Shown one piece after another: positions 19,992 to 29,474 of a stretch of 64,000 nt of DNA (positions are counted from its first letter, which is position 1; the number at the start of each line of letters is the position of its first letter). This stretch comes from Cyanophyceae cyanobacterium. Its GTDB lineage: Bacteria; Cyanobacteriota; Cyanobacteriia; Cyanobacteriales; JBHJGN01. The DNA lies in contig JBHJGN010000011.1 of the NCBI GenBank assembly GCA_050331735.1, positions 160,001-224,000 on the forward strand. The letters run 5' to 3'. Under the pieces are notes generated by a model. The model was not told the origin of the DNA. It ran no database searches and saw only the letters and a program-made list of their open reading frames with translations. The translations under genes were made by a program, and so were the position numbers.

Positions 19992-20393
19992 CTACTGACT
20001 TTCAATGCCTAGCGACACTCTCTCTCCGCCAATTTGTCTCATTTCTGCTAGCAGTTGAATGACCCTTTCGTAGGGAACATCTGGTTCTGCCACCAGGATC
20101 ACCGCACCATCAGGATTCGTCGCCAAATAAGCCTGCATTTGCGCCTCAAGCTGTTGTCTATCAACAGACTGCTCTCCCAGGAGGATTTGTTCTGTATTAA
20201 GAGTGACGAGTAAAGGGGACGCTTCTTGAGGCGTCGCTTCGTCGGTAGGGAGAATAACGTCAAATCCGAGCGGAGCAGTGGCGAGCAGAGTCGACACTAA
20301 CACAAAAAAGGCCAGCACCGACATCATCACGTTTAACATCGGAATCAGGTCGATGGTTGGTACCGCTTGACGGCGATCGCTTTTAAAACGCAT
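19992..20393 (-). CDS. exbD: ExbD/TolR family biopolymer transporter subunit
   Basis: IDLIPMLNVM..VLAFF; periplasmic VILVA..DVPY.RV. Confidence 0.9.
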   Translation of the reverse strand: MRFKSDRRQAVPTIDLIPMLNVMMSVLAFFVLVSTLLATAPLGFDVILPTDEATPQEASPLLVTLNTEQILLGEQSVDRQQLEAQMQAYLATNPDGAVILVAEPDVPYERVIQLLAEMRQIGGERVSLGIESQ

Positions 20394-20404
20394 AATTCCA
20401 CTGA

Positions 20405-20803
20405 TTATTCCTCAATGGCGAGAGAAACTCGCTCCCCACCGATCTCTGCCATCTTTTCTAACAGGGACAAAACGTCTTGATAAACCAGTTCTCGGTCAGC
20501 TTTAACAATTACAGTGCCTTCTGGATACTCAGACAAATAGGACTGCATTTGCTGCACTAATTCCTCCTCTCCAATTGTCTGACCAGCCATGAGAATTTCG
20601 CCCTCCTTGGTCAGGCCGACCGTGAAAGCGTCTACTTCCTGGTCGGCTCCTCCTCCCCCTTCTGGTAGCACAATGTCGCCGAGCCTTTGTCCCGTTAGCG
20701 TGATTGAAGTAATGATGAAGAACGTCAGTACCGACATAAGTACGTCCATCATCGGGATTAGATTGACTTCTGGAGATGAATCAAACTGTCTTTTAAAGCG
20801 CAC
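20405..20803 (-). CDS. exbD: ExbD/TolR family biopolymer transporter subunit
   Basis: VNLIPMMDVLM.VLTFF, VKAD..L.YQ.V; GTG start. Confidence 0.9.
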   Translation of the reverse strand: MRFKRQFDSSPEVNLIPMMDVLMSVLTFFIITSITLTGQRLGDIVLPEGGGGADQEVDAFTVGLTKEGEILMAGQTIGEEELVQQMQSYLSEYPEGTVIVKADRELVYQDVLSLLEKMAEIGGERVSLAIEE

Positions 20804-20806
20804 GTT

Positions 20807-21493
20807 TTATCGGGTGATAGATTCGTCTGTATAACTTCCAGGGGGAGCTGCGGTCCGCTTCAGCGATGGTTCGTACCAAATCTCTCGGTAAATTAGCTCT
20901 AGTTCGCTTCCCACCTCCGAAAAGTAGTCCATCTGGCGGGTTTGCAAAGACACTAATGCTCTAAACACCAGCAAGGCAATAATGGCCACAATCATGCCAG
21001 CCGCTGTCGTAATTAACGCTTCCCCAATTCCGGCAGCGGCTCTAGAGGCTTCTTCTGCCGTTCCGCCGCCAATATTAAGGCTATTAAAAGTAGCAATCAA
21101 TCCCGTTACCGTTCCCAGCAACCCCAGCAGAGGAGCCACCGCCACAACCGTTTCTAAAAACTTGTCGCCTCGCCGCATCTGAATAAACTCCTTATCTCCA
21201 GCGGCTTCCATCGCCAGCCGAAAGGTCTCCGGCGTTGGCTGATTGAGCTTGAGAGGAGCCAGCAAAAACCGACCAATCGGCAGATAAGTAGCCTGAGCCG
21301 CTATCTCTGCGGCTTTGCGCAGGCTAGAACGCGCTGCCTCTAAAACGTCACGAACAATGCGGTCTTCCTGGCTCAGCAGCCGAAACCAAAACCAAACTCG
21401 TTCTAAAGCACAGGTAATGGTGAAAATTGATAAAACGAGTAGGGGCCACATGACAAGTCCCCCTTGTGAAAATAAGTCGTAGACGCGGGTCAT
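20807..21493 (-). CDS. exbB: MotA/TolQ/ExbB proton channel protein
   Basis: GG.VMWPL, APLLGLLGTVTGLI, GIGEALITTAAG. Confidence 0.92.
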   Translation of the reverse strand: MTRVYDLFSQGGLVMWPLLVLSIFTITCALERVWFWFRLLSQEDRIVRDVLEAARSSLRKAAEIAAQATYLPIGRFLLAPLKLNQPTPETFRLAMEAAGDKEFIQMRRGDKFLETVVAVAPLLGLLGTVTGLIATFNSLNIGGGTAEEASRAAAGIGEALITTAAGMIVAIIALLVFRALVSLQTRQMDYFSEVGSELELIYREIWYEPSLKRTAAPPGSYTDESITR

Positions 21494-21738
21494 GGCTGCT
21501 CAGGTCACATAATTAGGTCACAATATTTACCCCAACCATATCTGAATCATCTACTTTTTGAGTTAAGTAAACGTTAAGAGCGTCGGGCGATCACCCTCAA
21601 AAAAATCGTGCGCTTAGTATCACGGGTTTAAATTTTGACTCACTTCCCATCCCCCCCCTCAAAACTAGAGGCGATATCTGCTAACCTATAAACCATTTAG
21701 CATTAGCGGCGAAATTCACTGGGGGTGTTGAAAGTTTA

Positions 21739-23394
21739 ATGATGAGTATTCGGCTATCTTCTAAGCGTCTGCGTCAGCTCGGTCAGTTTGTGAGCTTATT
21801 CTGTTTATGTTTTACTCTGGTCGTGGGCTGTTCCAATAATCAGTCTACTGAGCCTTCAGCGCCATCAGGGGAGCAAAGCGATCGCATTACCCTGGGGACG
21901 ACTCTCAAGCCTCGCACCCTCGATCCAGCCGATACCTACGAGCTAGCCGGCATTAACGTAATCTATAACGTAGGAGAAACGCTTTACACCTACGAACTCG
22001 GGACTACAGAGCTGAAGCCTCAGCTTGCTATCGAACTCCCCCAGGTGAGCGCAAATGGCATGACCTATACCATCCCCCTTAGAGAGGGAGTCACCTTCCA
22101 CGACGGAACGCCCTTCAACGCTGAAGCAATGGCGTTCTCTCTCAACCGCTTTATCGAGAACGGCGGTAAACCCTCCTTCCTGCTGTCTGATACGGTAGAG
22201 TCGGTGACCGCCACCGGAGAGTACGAGCTGACGATTACGTTGAAGAAACCGTTTGCCGCGTTTCCGTCTCTGCTGGCTTTCCCCGGAACAGTGGCGGTGT
22301 CTCCCCAGGCTTATGAAATTGGCGCAGGTAGTTTTAATCCAAATCAGTTGGTGAGCACCGGACCCTACCAGCTCGCTCAGTTCAGCAGCGACTCGATCCG
22401 CCTAGACGTATTTGACCAGTATTGGGGAGAGCAGCCGGAAAACGCGGGCGTTGATATGCAGATCTATGACGGAAACTCGGCGAACCTCTACAATAGCTTT
22501 CGCACTGGAGCGATAGATGTGGCCTATCAATCCCTCGACCCCGAACAGATTAAAAGCCTCATTGAAGGAGCTGAACAGGACCAGTGGCAGATGGTAGAGG
22601 GGTCTGGAACCGCTGTTAACTTTTTGGTGCTCAACCGCAACCAGAAGCCCCTCGACCAGCCGGAAGTGCGGCAGGCGATCGCCGCAATGATGGATCGCTC
22701 GCTGCTCAACGAACGGGTGCTACAGGGGCAAGGAGAGCCAGTCTACAGCCTCATTCCCACTGCTTTTGATGTGTATCAGCCTGCCTTTCAAGAAGCCTAT
22801 GGCGATGCCAATATTGAACAAGCCAAAGAGCTGCTAGCCGAGGCAGGATACACCCCAGAAAATCCGGCAGTAATTGAGCTATGGCATTCCTCCGGTTCCG
22901 CAACGCGGGGTATTACCGCCGCCACCCTGAAAGCCTTAGCTGAAAAGGAGCTCGATGGAGCGATTCAGTTTGAGCCAAGAGCGGTTGAGTTTGCCACCGC
23001 CTCGAAGAATCTTAAGGAAGGTATCTATCCGACGTTCCTAGCCGACTGGTATCCCGACTTTTTAGATGCCGATAACTACGTTCAGCCCTTTCTAGACTGC
23101 GCGGAAGGGTCGCAAGCGCAAGGATGCCAGTCTGGGGGAGCGCAGGCGCAAGGATCGTTTTACTATAGCGATCGCATCAACGAACTCATTGACCAGCAGC
23201 GTCAGGAACAAGATCCCGCCGCTCGCCAGGAAATTTTTGCCGAGATTCAGCAGATTCTCGCTGAAGATGTTCCCTACATTCCTATTTTGCAGAGTAAAGA
23301 CTATGCTTTTGCTCAAAATAACGTTGAAGGAGTAACAATTAATCCTAGCCAGAGCTTTCCGTTCTGGACAATTGAGCGCAGTGAATCAGAGTAA
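21739..23394 (+). CDS. ABC transporter substrate-binding lipoprotein, family 5 (peptide/nickel)
   Basis: Lipobox LVVGC, TLDPAD, LREGVTFHDGTPFNAEA, TGPY, WYPDFLDADNY. Confidence 0.92.
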   Translation: MMSIRLSSKRLRQLGQFVSLFCLCFTLVVGCSNNQSTEPSAPSGEQSDRITLGTTLKPRTLDPADTYELAGINVIYNVGETLYTYELGTTELKPQLAIELPQVSANGMTYTIPLREGVTFHDGTPFNAEAMAFSLNRFIENGGKPSFLLSDTVESVTATGEYELTITLKKPFAAFPSLLAFPGTVAVSPQAYEIGAGSFNPNQLVSTGPYQLAQFSSDSIRLDVFDQYWGEQPENAGVDMQIYDGNSANLYNSFRTGAIDVAYQSLDPEQIKSLIEGAEQDQWQMVEGSGTAVNFLVLNRNQKPLDQPEVRQAIAAMMDRSLLNERVLQGQGEPVYSLIPTAFDVYQPAFQEAYGDANIEQAKELLAEAGYTPENPAVIELWHSSGSATRGITAATLKALAEKELDGAIQFEPRAVEFATASKNLKEGIYPTFLADWYPDFLDADNYVQPFLDCAEGSQAQGCQSGGAQAQGSFYYSDRINELIDQQRQEQDPAARQEIFAEIQQILAEDVPYIPILQSKDYAFAQNNVEGVTINPSQSFPFWTIERSESE

Positions 23395-23409
23395 CCTACG
23401 AGGTGAAAG

Positions 23410-23958
23410 ATGACTTTTTTAGGAATCCAAGACTTAAAAAGGCTCCAGGATGAGCACCCCGAATATCGCATGGAACTGGTTGATGGGGCAGTTATTATTA
23501 TGAGTCCTAGCGGATACGAGTCAGACGAGGTAGCCTTAGAATTTGCTCGTCTACTTGCTAACTGGGTACGACCGAGGCGACTGGGCAGAGTTACTGGCTC
23601 GTCAGCGGGTTTTATCTTGCCAAATACGGATCTGCGTGCTCCCGATGTTTCTTTTGTCAGAGCAGAACGACTGCGACGCACGACGAGGAGTTATGCTGAA
23701 CTTGTTCCTGATCTGATGGTGGAAGTCCAATCTCCTTCGGACTCTACTAAGAAGCTCCGCGACAAGATTCAGGAGTTTCTCAGTTTGGGAGCTAAAGTCG
23801 GCATTCTAGTAGACCCCATCGCGCAAACGATAGAGATTTACCGTCTAGGAGAGAGTAAGATTCTAAACAACGAAGAGACGCTAACTATTCCTGACCTTCT
23901 CCCCGGCTTTGCCGTGGCGATTTCCGAGCTATGGTCGCCCGTATTTGAGGAAGAGTAG
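23410..23958 (+). CDS. Uma2 family putative endonuclease
   Basis: MELVDG..IIMSP, RAPDVSFV, PDLMVEVQSPSD, LVDP, LLPGF. Confidence 0.9.
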   Translation: MTFLGIQDLKRLQDEHPEYRMELVDGAVIIMSPSGYESDEVALEFARLLANWVRPRRLGRVTGSSAGFILPNTDLRAPDVSFVRAERLRRTTRSYAELVPDLMVEVQSPSDSTKKLRDKIQEFLSLGAKVGILVDPIAQTIEIYRLGESKILNNEETLTIPDLLPGFAVAISELWSPVFEEE

Positions 23959-23964
23959 ATGCAA

Positions 23965-24474
23965 TCAGCCTAAGCCGAATAGAGATTGAATAGCGGGAAG
24001 AAGCTGACTACAGGCTTCTACAAATTTGGTGGCAGTTGGTAACTCTTGCGCCAAGCCTCGGAAAAAACGGACTACCCCTTTCGCTTGCTGTTGCTTTTCC
24101 GGTTCGGGCTTTTGTTCTGCTTCGGCTAAGATCTTTACCTGAGCTAAAGCTTGCTTTTTATCGTCCTCAGAGAGATTATTTTCTGCTTCAATAGCAGCTT
24201 TCAACTCGGTGAGTAGTTCTTTGATTCCCGGTTCATCGGATTTAGACGATGGAAGTTGATTGATGGTGTTGGCAACCGTGCTCCTCTTCTTGGCAATCAG
24301 CCTATTTACTGCCTCTCCAATCTCCTCAACCGTGGCGCTCTCGTCGAAGAGAGGTTTCCAGTCGAGGCGATTGTAATACTCAGCAAAAGCTTCATCCCCA
24401 ACCTTTTCGCCACGATGATCGAGAAACAACTGTCGGAGTTCTTCTGTTGACATTTCAGTAAATGATTTAGACAT
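23965..24474 (-). CDS. Chimeric protein: DUF6887-like N-terminus fused to a helical C-terminal domain typical of cyanobacterial pentapeptide/LRR proteins
   Basis: N-terminus F.EMS.EELR...L.HR....AF..Y..R; C-terminus TVANTINQLP...GIKELL.EL.AAIE...LSEDDK..AL.QV..LAEA...LLPAI..LF. ATG 24474 overlaps the upstream stop. Confidence 0.6.
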   Translation of the reverse strand: MSKSFTEMSTEELRQLFLDHRGEKVGDEAFAEYYNRLDWKPLFDESATVEEIGEAVNRLIAKKRSTVANTINQLPSSKSDEPGIKELLTELKAAIEAENNLSEDDKKQALAQVKILAEAEQKPEPEKQQQAKGVVRFFRGLAQELPTATKFVEACSQLLPAIQSLFGLG

Positions 24475-24646
24475 TTCTCGCTTTCCCCTGTTGGTTAATA
24501 ACAATCTTGAACTCGTTGCCGCCTGCTGCTTCTAGATACAATAACTTGCTACTTGCATCGTAATAGAAAACCGTTATTGGCAGTCCTACGCCCGTCAAAA
24601 ACTGGCACAGTATCGCCGCCTTAATCGCCTGCTCTGCTGTTGGCAT
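24467..24646 (-). CDS. DUF6888-like small protein (59 aa)
   Basis: MPTAEQ....ILCQFLT...PI..F.YD....LYLEA.....IVI.QQG; RBS GAGGAGG; translationally coupled to the downstream gene. Confidence 0.65.
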   Translation of the reverse strand: MPTAEQAIKAAILCQFLTGVGLPITVFYYDASSKLLYLEAAGGNEFKIVINQQGKARNV

Positions 24647-24972
24647 AATCCCTCCTCTCTCCATATTGACTGCAATCGCTCTTTCTTCAAATTGACCAGC
24701 CACAACGAGTCTTCAGTAGATCGATCAAGATGGTTAATAAGCGAACTCCAAAGCTTCTGATACTCTTCCTTGTCCAAAATCAGGATTGAGTACTCAAATA
24801 CTGCTCATTTTTTCTGAACAGCCTCGTTCCCCTGCTCTTTCTCCTCAAGCTGCCTGAAAGAGCGAGCGTCGTTCATCAACTCTTTGGCGAAGCAGGCTTT
24901 CCGCCCCGCTAGCAAACAAATTCAGGCTCTCCGTTCTGACATTTTCAAATGTATAACTACTGTTCGCATATT

Positions 24973-25262
24973 TTAAGCCGATAAATAAATTCCTTGACGG
25001 TTTTTAGCCAAAGCTATGGCTTCTTCTAGTAAATTTGTAAGTTCTCCAGCAATCTCTTGAGGTGCAGTGCCAGCTAAGCCAGTCTGAATTAGCCTTTGTG
25101 CTTGACTAAAATCACCACAGTCTATTGCTAAAGCCGCTGCACTGCGATGTAAAACGGAACGAGTTGGTTCAGCGGTTAAATTATCAGCTACTAGTGCAGC
25201 CGCCTGCGCTTCTTTTTCAAAAGCTTGCCCATTTAATTGTTTGGCTTTATTAAGCTTACCCC
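24973..25262 (-). pseudogene. N-terminally truncated conserved hypothetical helical protein
   Basis: AFEKEAQAA...EPTRSVLHRSAA.LA.DC....A.RLI..GL.G..P.EIA.EL matches a family I recall having ~20 more N-terminal residues. No convincing start or RBS, and AT-rich. Confidence 0.5.
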
Positions 25263-25663
25263 CGACGATATTGCCAACTACCGTTAGAGACAGAAGCAAC
25301 AGACAAGTTCGTTAGTTTGAATTTGTTGAGATAGCGATAGCAACTCCTCTTCGCATTGCCGGTGAGTAGTCGCGAACAACCAGAACTGAGAGTAGGCGAT
25401 CGCTCAGGTAGTCAGTTAACCGTTCAGCAAAGTCGCCTATTATTCGCCTCGTTATCGGCATAGAGAATGCTCTGTCTAGGCTAGCTGCGCTTCTCGTTGA
25501 GTAAAGTGTGCCACAGGACTAATCGGTTCATGACGAGTGATAGCTCTATCGGTTTTAATAGATTAAACAAGCCAGCAATGCGACTTGAAATGAGCAAGCG
25601 ATGGCCAAAGACAAGCATCTCAATGAGAACAGCCGAGACTAGCAGAGGAGCGTCAGTCTAGCG

Positions 25664-26626
25664 ATGACAAAACTGATTATTCAAATTCCTTGCTACAACG
25701 AAGAAGCCACTTTGGGGTTGACTCTCTCCCAACTTCCGCGTCATGTGCCAGGAGTTGACAGGGTCGAGTGGCTTATCGTCAACGACGGCAGTATCGACCG
25801 CACAGTGGAGGTTGCCAAAAGCTGTGGAGTCGACCACATTGTTGATCTCAGGCACAATCAGGGTTTAGCGAGAGGATTTATGGCCGGCATTGAGGCTGCC
25901 CTCAAAGCCGGAGCCGATATTATTGTCAATACTGATGCTGATAATCAGTACTCGGCTGAAGATATTCCTAAGCTGATCGAGCCAATCCTTAGAGGCGAGG
26001 CAGAAATGGTGATTGGCTCTCGACCGATTCAGCAGATCGAACACTTTTCCCCGGCCAAGAAATTTTTACAAAAGCTCGGCAGTTGGGTGGTGCGGGTTGC
26101 TAGCAATACCAATATTCCTGATGCCCCGAGCGGCTTTCGCGCCATCAGTCGAGATGCAGCCATTCAGCTCAACGTCTTTAGCGAGTATACCTACACATTA
26201 GAAACGATTATTCAGGCAGGACGAAAGGGCATGGCGATCACGTCTGTCCCGATTAGAACCAACGAATTTTTGCGCCCTTCTCGGTTGGTCAAGAGTATTA
26301 CCTCTTACATCCAGCGCTCGATCCTAACGATTATTCGGATCTTCATGACCTACAAACCGCTCCGTTTTTTTACCTTGCTGGGGAGCGTACCGTTTCTGAT
26401 GGGTTTTATGCTCTGCTTGCGCTGGCTCTTTTACTTCTTTATTGAAGGACCAGAAAGAAGCCGGGTTCCAAGTTTGATTGCGGCGGCTATTTTAATTCTG
26501 ATTGGCTTTCAGCTTTTCCTGTTTGGCCTAATTGCTGATTTGCTTTCGGTAAATCGTAAAATGCTTGAGGATATTCAGCTCAGACTGCGCAAGTTAGAAG
26601 TAGAGAGGCGAAACCAAAAAGTATGA
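25664..26626 (+). CDS. Glycosyltransferase family 2 (DPM1/GtrB-like) with two C-terminal TM helices
   Basis: IPCYNEE, NDGSIDRT, NQGLA, NTDADNQY, DAPSGFRA; hydrophobic C-terminus. Confidence 0.92.
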   Translation: MTKLIIQIPCYNEEATLGLTLSQLPRHVPGVDRVEWLIVNDGSIDRTVEVAKSCGVDHIVDLRHNQGLARGFMAGIEAALKAGADIIVNTDADNQYSAEDIPKLIEPILRGEAEMVIGSRPIQQIEHFSPAKKFLQKLGSWVVRVASNTNIPDAPSGFRAISRDAAIQLNVFSEYTYTLETIIQAGRKGMAITSVPIRTNEFLRPSRLVKSITSYIQRSILTIIRIFMTYKPLRFFTLLGSVPFLMGFMLCLRWLFYFFIEGPERSRVPSLIAAAILILIGFQLFLFGLIADLLSVNRKMLEDIQLRLRKLEVERRNQKV

Positions 26627-26650
26627 CTCGATGGGAGTCAAGTAGATTCC

Positions 26651-28246
26651 ATGAATAGAGACTTATTTGCTCAAGAGGCTATTTCCCAAATTCCCAAACT
26701 GCTCACCCTCGTCGACCGTAACCGCCATAGCCCCACCTACGGCTGCTTCGATCGCAACTTCTGGCAGTACAAAATTATCGATTTTCCGAGCGGCATGGCG
26801 CAGGAGTTTGTGTTGCCCTTGGCGCTAGCCTACAGCACCGATATTCCCAATAATCCTTTCTATCGCCAACAGACGATCCGAGATTGGGTGGAAGCAGGCA
26901 TCCTCTACGCCGAGCGTAGTGCTCACTCCGACGGTTCCTGCGACGATTACTTTCCCTTTGAGAGAGCCGGAGGCGCTGCCGCTTTTTCTCTTCTAGCCTG
27001 CATCGACAGCTACACGCACCTCGGCTTAGACAACCCCCAAGCGCTGCGTTTTTTTGAGCGACGGGCAGACTGGCTGGCTCACCACCAAGAGAGCGGACGG
27101 TTAACCAACCATCAGGCGCTAATCGTGCTTTGCCTAGAGCGGCTGTCGCGGCTGCTAAAAACGAATAAGTGGGACCGCAGCAAGTACGAACGTCTTCAGC
27201 AAGTGCTATCTTGGCAGAACCCGGAAGGCTGGTTTCAGGAGTATGAGGGCTGCGATCCCGGCTATCATACGCTGACGATTTCCTGTTTAGCCCGCATCTA
27301 TGAGCTGATGCCGAGTCCCGAACTTCGGGAGGCGATCGCTCGGGCGGTCAATTTAGCGGCCCAATTTGTCCATCCAGATGGCTCCTACGGCGGAGAATAT
27401 ACCAGCCGCAACACCTACAACTTCTTTCCCCACGGCTTTGAATTGGTCGGTCGGTGGATGCCGGAGGCGCTCAGCATTAACGATCAGTTTCTTTCCGGGT
27501 TAGCTAACGGTTTAGCCCCCTGCTATGCTGACGATCACATTATTGGGCATCACACCTGGAACTACCTGCTGGCATGGCGAGATTTTGTCCCCAAAAGACC
27601 GTCTCCTCAGCCGCGTCCCACTGGTCGCGTCTGGCTTCAAGAAGGTGGTATTCTCATCGACCGTCGCCAGGATACAGAACTCTACCTCGCTCTTAATAAA
27701 GGAGGAGTTTTTAAGCTCTTTCAGCAGGGTCAACTGGTCGTCTCAGATACTCAGTTTTCCCTTCTCGTTCAGCAAGGAAACACAGTCAAAAATGCGGTGG
27801 GTCATTTAGTCTGTCAGTATTCAGTACAGGTCGAGCCAGAGACAATTTTGATTCAGGGTCAGTTGGGATGGGCGAAACAAAAACAAATGACGACCTTTAA
27901 TCTCATTGTTCTTCGGTTCGTGATGTTTACCGTTGGTCGCTTTTTTCCTAACCTGATTAGAAAACTCCTGCAAAAGGTTCTGATCACAGGCAAGAAAAGC
28001 GCCCCCTTTAGTTTCGTACGACGGCTACGCTGGGAAGACGGCTGGACAGTCACCGATGAACTAGCGGCTCAGTCTTGGGAAAATGTTGTAGCTGCTGGTA
28101 TTGGCTGCGATCAAACGTCTATTTACGTAGTCATGAGCCGCACATTTCAACGCGGTCAATTACTGCCTTGGCTCAACTTGACCGACAAAATCAAACAGCT
28201 TCCCCCTAGTCAGGTTTTCCAGCTAGAGCGACACTTTCCGTGTTAA
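26651..28246 (+). CDS. Conserved hypothetical 531-aa protein, predicted helical toroid plus beta domain (heparinase II/III-like architecture)
   Basis: Long ORF in operon with the GT2 gene. Repeated DGS.DDY / EGWF.EY.G.DPGY / HPDGSYGGEY motifs resemble (alpha/alpha)-barrel sugar-acting enzymes. Confidence 0.6.
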   Translation: MNRDLFAQEAISQIPKLLTLVDRNRHSPTYGCFDRNFWQYKIIDFPSGMAQEFVLPLALAYSTDIPNNPFYRQQTIRDWVEAGILYAERSAHSDGSCDDYFPFERAGGAAAFSLLACIDSYTHLGLDNPQALRFFERRADWLAHHQESGRLTNHQALIVLCLERLSRLLKTNKWDRSKYERLQQVLSWQNPEGWFQEYEGCDPGYHTLTISCLARIYELMPSPELREAIARAVNLAAQFVHPDGSYGGEYTSRNTYNFFPHGFELVGRWMPEALSINDQFLSGLANGLAPCYADDHIIGHHTWNYLLAWRDFVPKRPSPQPRPTGRVWLQEGGILIDRRQDTELYLALNKGGVFKLFQQGQLVVSDTQFSLLVQQGNTVKNAVGHLVCQYSVQVEPETILIQGQLGWAKQKQMTTFNLIVLRFVMFTVGRFFPNLIRKLLQKVLITGKKSAPFSFVRRLRWEDGWTVTDELAAQSWENVVAAGIGCDQTSIYVVMSRTFQRGQLLPWLNLTDKIKQLPPSQVFQLERHFPC

Positions 28247-28385
28247 CCAAACTGCACCTACCTCATTAGAGCTATTTAGGTTCCCATAGACGATTGTGGG
28301 AGTAGTAAGGAGACAATCAACAATCAACCGATAACGAGAATGTAAGACCGGACCTTATTGAAGTCAAACCTACTCAGAATATCGA

Positions 28386-29333
28386 ATGAAACGTTTTATT
28401 TCGATTGCCGTCAGCGTTACCATTTTGCTGATCATCTATTCAAAAATTGATTTTGCGGGCTTGCTAGAGGTCTTCCGCACCTGTAATGGCTGGTGGATGG
28501 CGGTCAGCTTAGGCATGGTGATTCCCATTACCCTATTTACCTCCTGGCGACTTCAGCAACTCATGCCAGCAGGAACAGGCTTGGGCTTTATAGAAGCTAA
28601 TCGCTTAATTTTAGGAGCGAGTGTGCTCAATATGGTGCTTCCATCAAAGATGGGCGATATTGCTAAAGCCTACTTTATGAAAGAGCGGGGGCATCTGAGT
28701 GGTTCTTTGTCGCTGTCATTGGCGGTATTTGAGAAGGCGAGCGATATGCTTTCTTTGCTGCTGTGGTGCGCCTTTGGCTTATTGGTATATGCGCAGAAAG
28801 ACGAGCTATTTTGGCTGATGACTGCCGCCGTCGCTATCGGGTTAATTTTAGGGATTCTGTTACTGGGCTCTCGTCGGTTTGCCCAAGGATTTTTTATCCT
28901 TGCTTTTAAAATTGCCCCCAAAAAGCTCAACAAGAAATTCAGGAGTCTGCAAAATTCTTGGGAGGAAATGCAGAATTATTTTTGGCGGGAGCGTCAGCAG
29001 TTATTGATTATTGTTGCCACTTCTATTTTCATTTGGTTTCTGCACCTGCTGCAAATTTGGCTATTTATTCTCGCGCTCAATGCCTGGGCACCGTTTGTCG
29101 CTAATCTAGCCCTTTCTCCTCTAGCCATTCTCGCCGGATTGCTTCCTCTCACTTTTGCTGGCGTCGGCACTCGTGATGCAGCTTTAATCTTTTTCTACCA
29201 GCCCTATTTTGATGCAGCAACGGGAGCCGCTTTAGGCCTACTGTGTACGTCACGCTACTTTTTGCCAGCCGTGATTGGCTTACCGTTTTTAGGCCAAATG
29301 ATGGCAGCAGTCAAGAAAGTCCGCCAGAGTTGA
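28386..29333 (+). CDS. Lysylphosphatidylglycerol synthase TM-domain (UPF0104, flippase-like) protein
   Basis: Multi-TM, SWRL, NMVLPSKMGDIAKA, EK..D, LPLTFAGVGTRDAA. Confidence 0.88.
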   Translation: MKRFISIAVSVTILLIIYSKIDFAGLLEVFRTCNGWWMAVSLGMVIPITLFTSWRLQQLMPAGTGLGFIEANRLILGASVLNMVLPSKMGDIAKAYFMKERGHLSGSLSLSLAVFEKASDMLSLLLWCAFGLLVYAQKDELFWLMTAAVAIGLILGILLLGSRRFAQGFFILAFKIAPKKLNKKFRSLQNSWEEMQNYFWRERQQLLIIVATSIFIWFLHLLQIWLFILALNAWAPFVANLALSPLAILAGLLPLTFAGVGTRDAALIFFYQPYFDAATGAALGLLCTSRYFLPAVIGLPFLGQMMAAVKKVRQS

Positions 29334-29474
29334 CGTTTAGTGAAAACGGCAATCAGTAAACGAAGGGAGCGATGAGCTACTTAAGGGTTGGCGATCGCTG
29401 CTGAGCCAAGGTTTCCAAAAAAGTTGTGAGAACTTGCTACTCTAGAAACAAACACCCTACAAAGGCAATCAAGA

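Noticed and set aside
24595..24777. 60-aa ORF MDKEEYQ...
   Set aside because: It overlaps the RBS-supported DUF6888-like gene and has a weak TTG start; at most a fragment.
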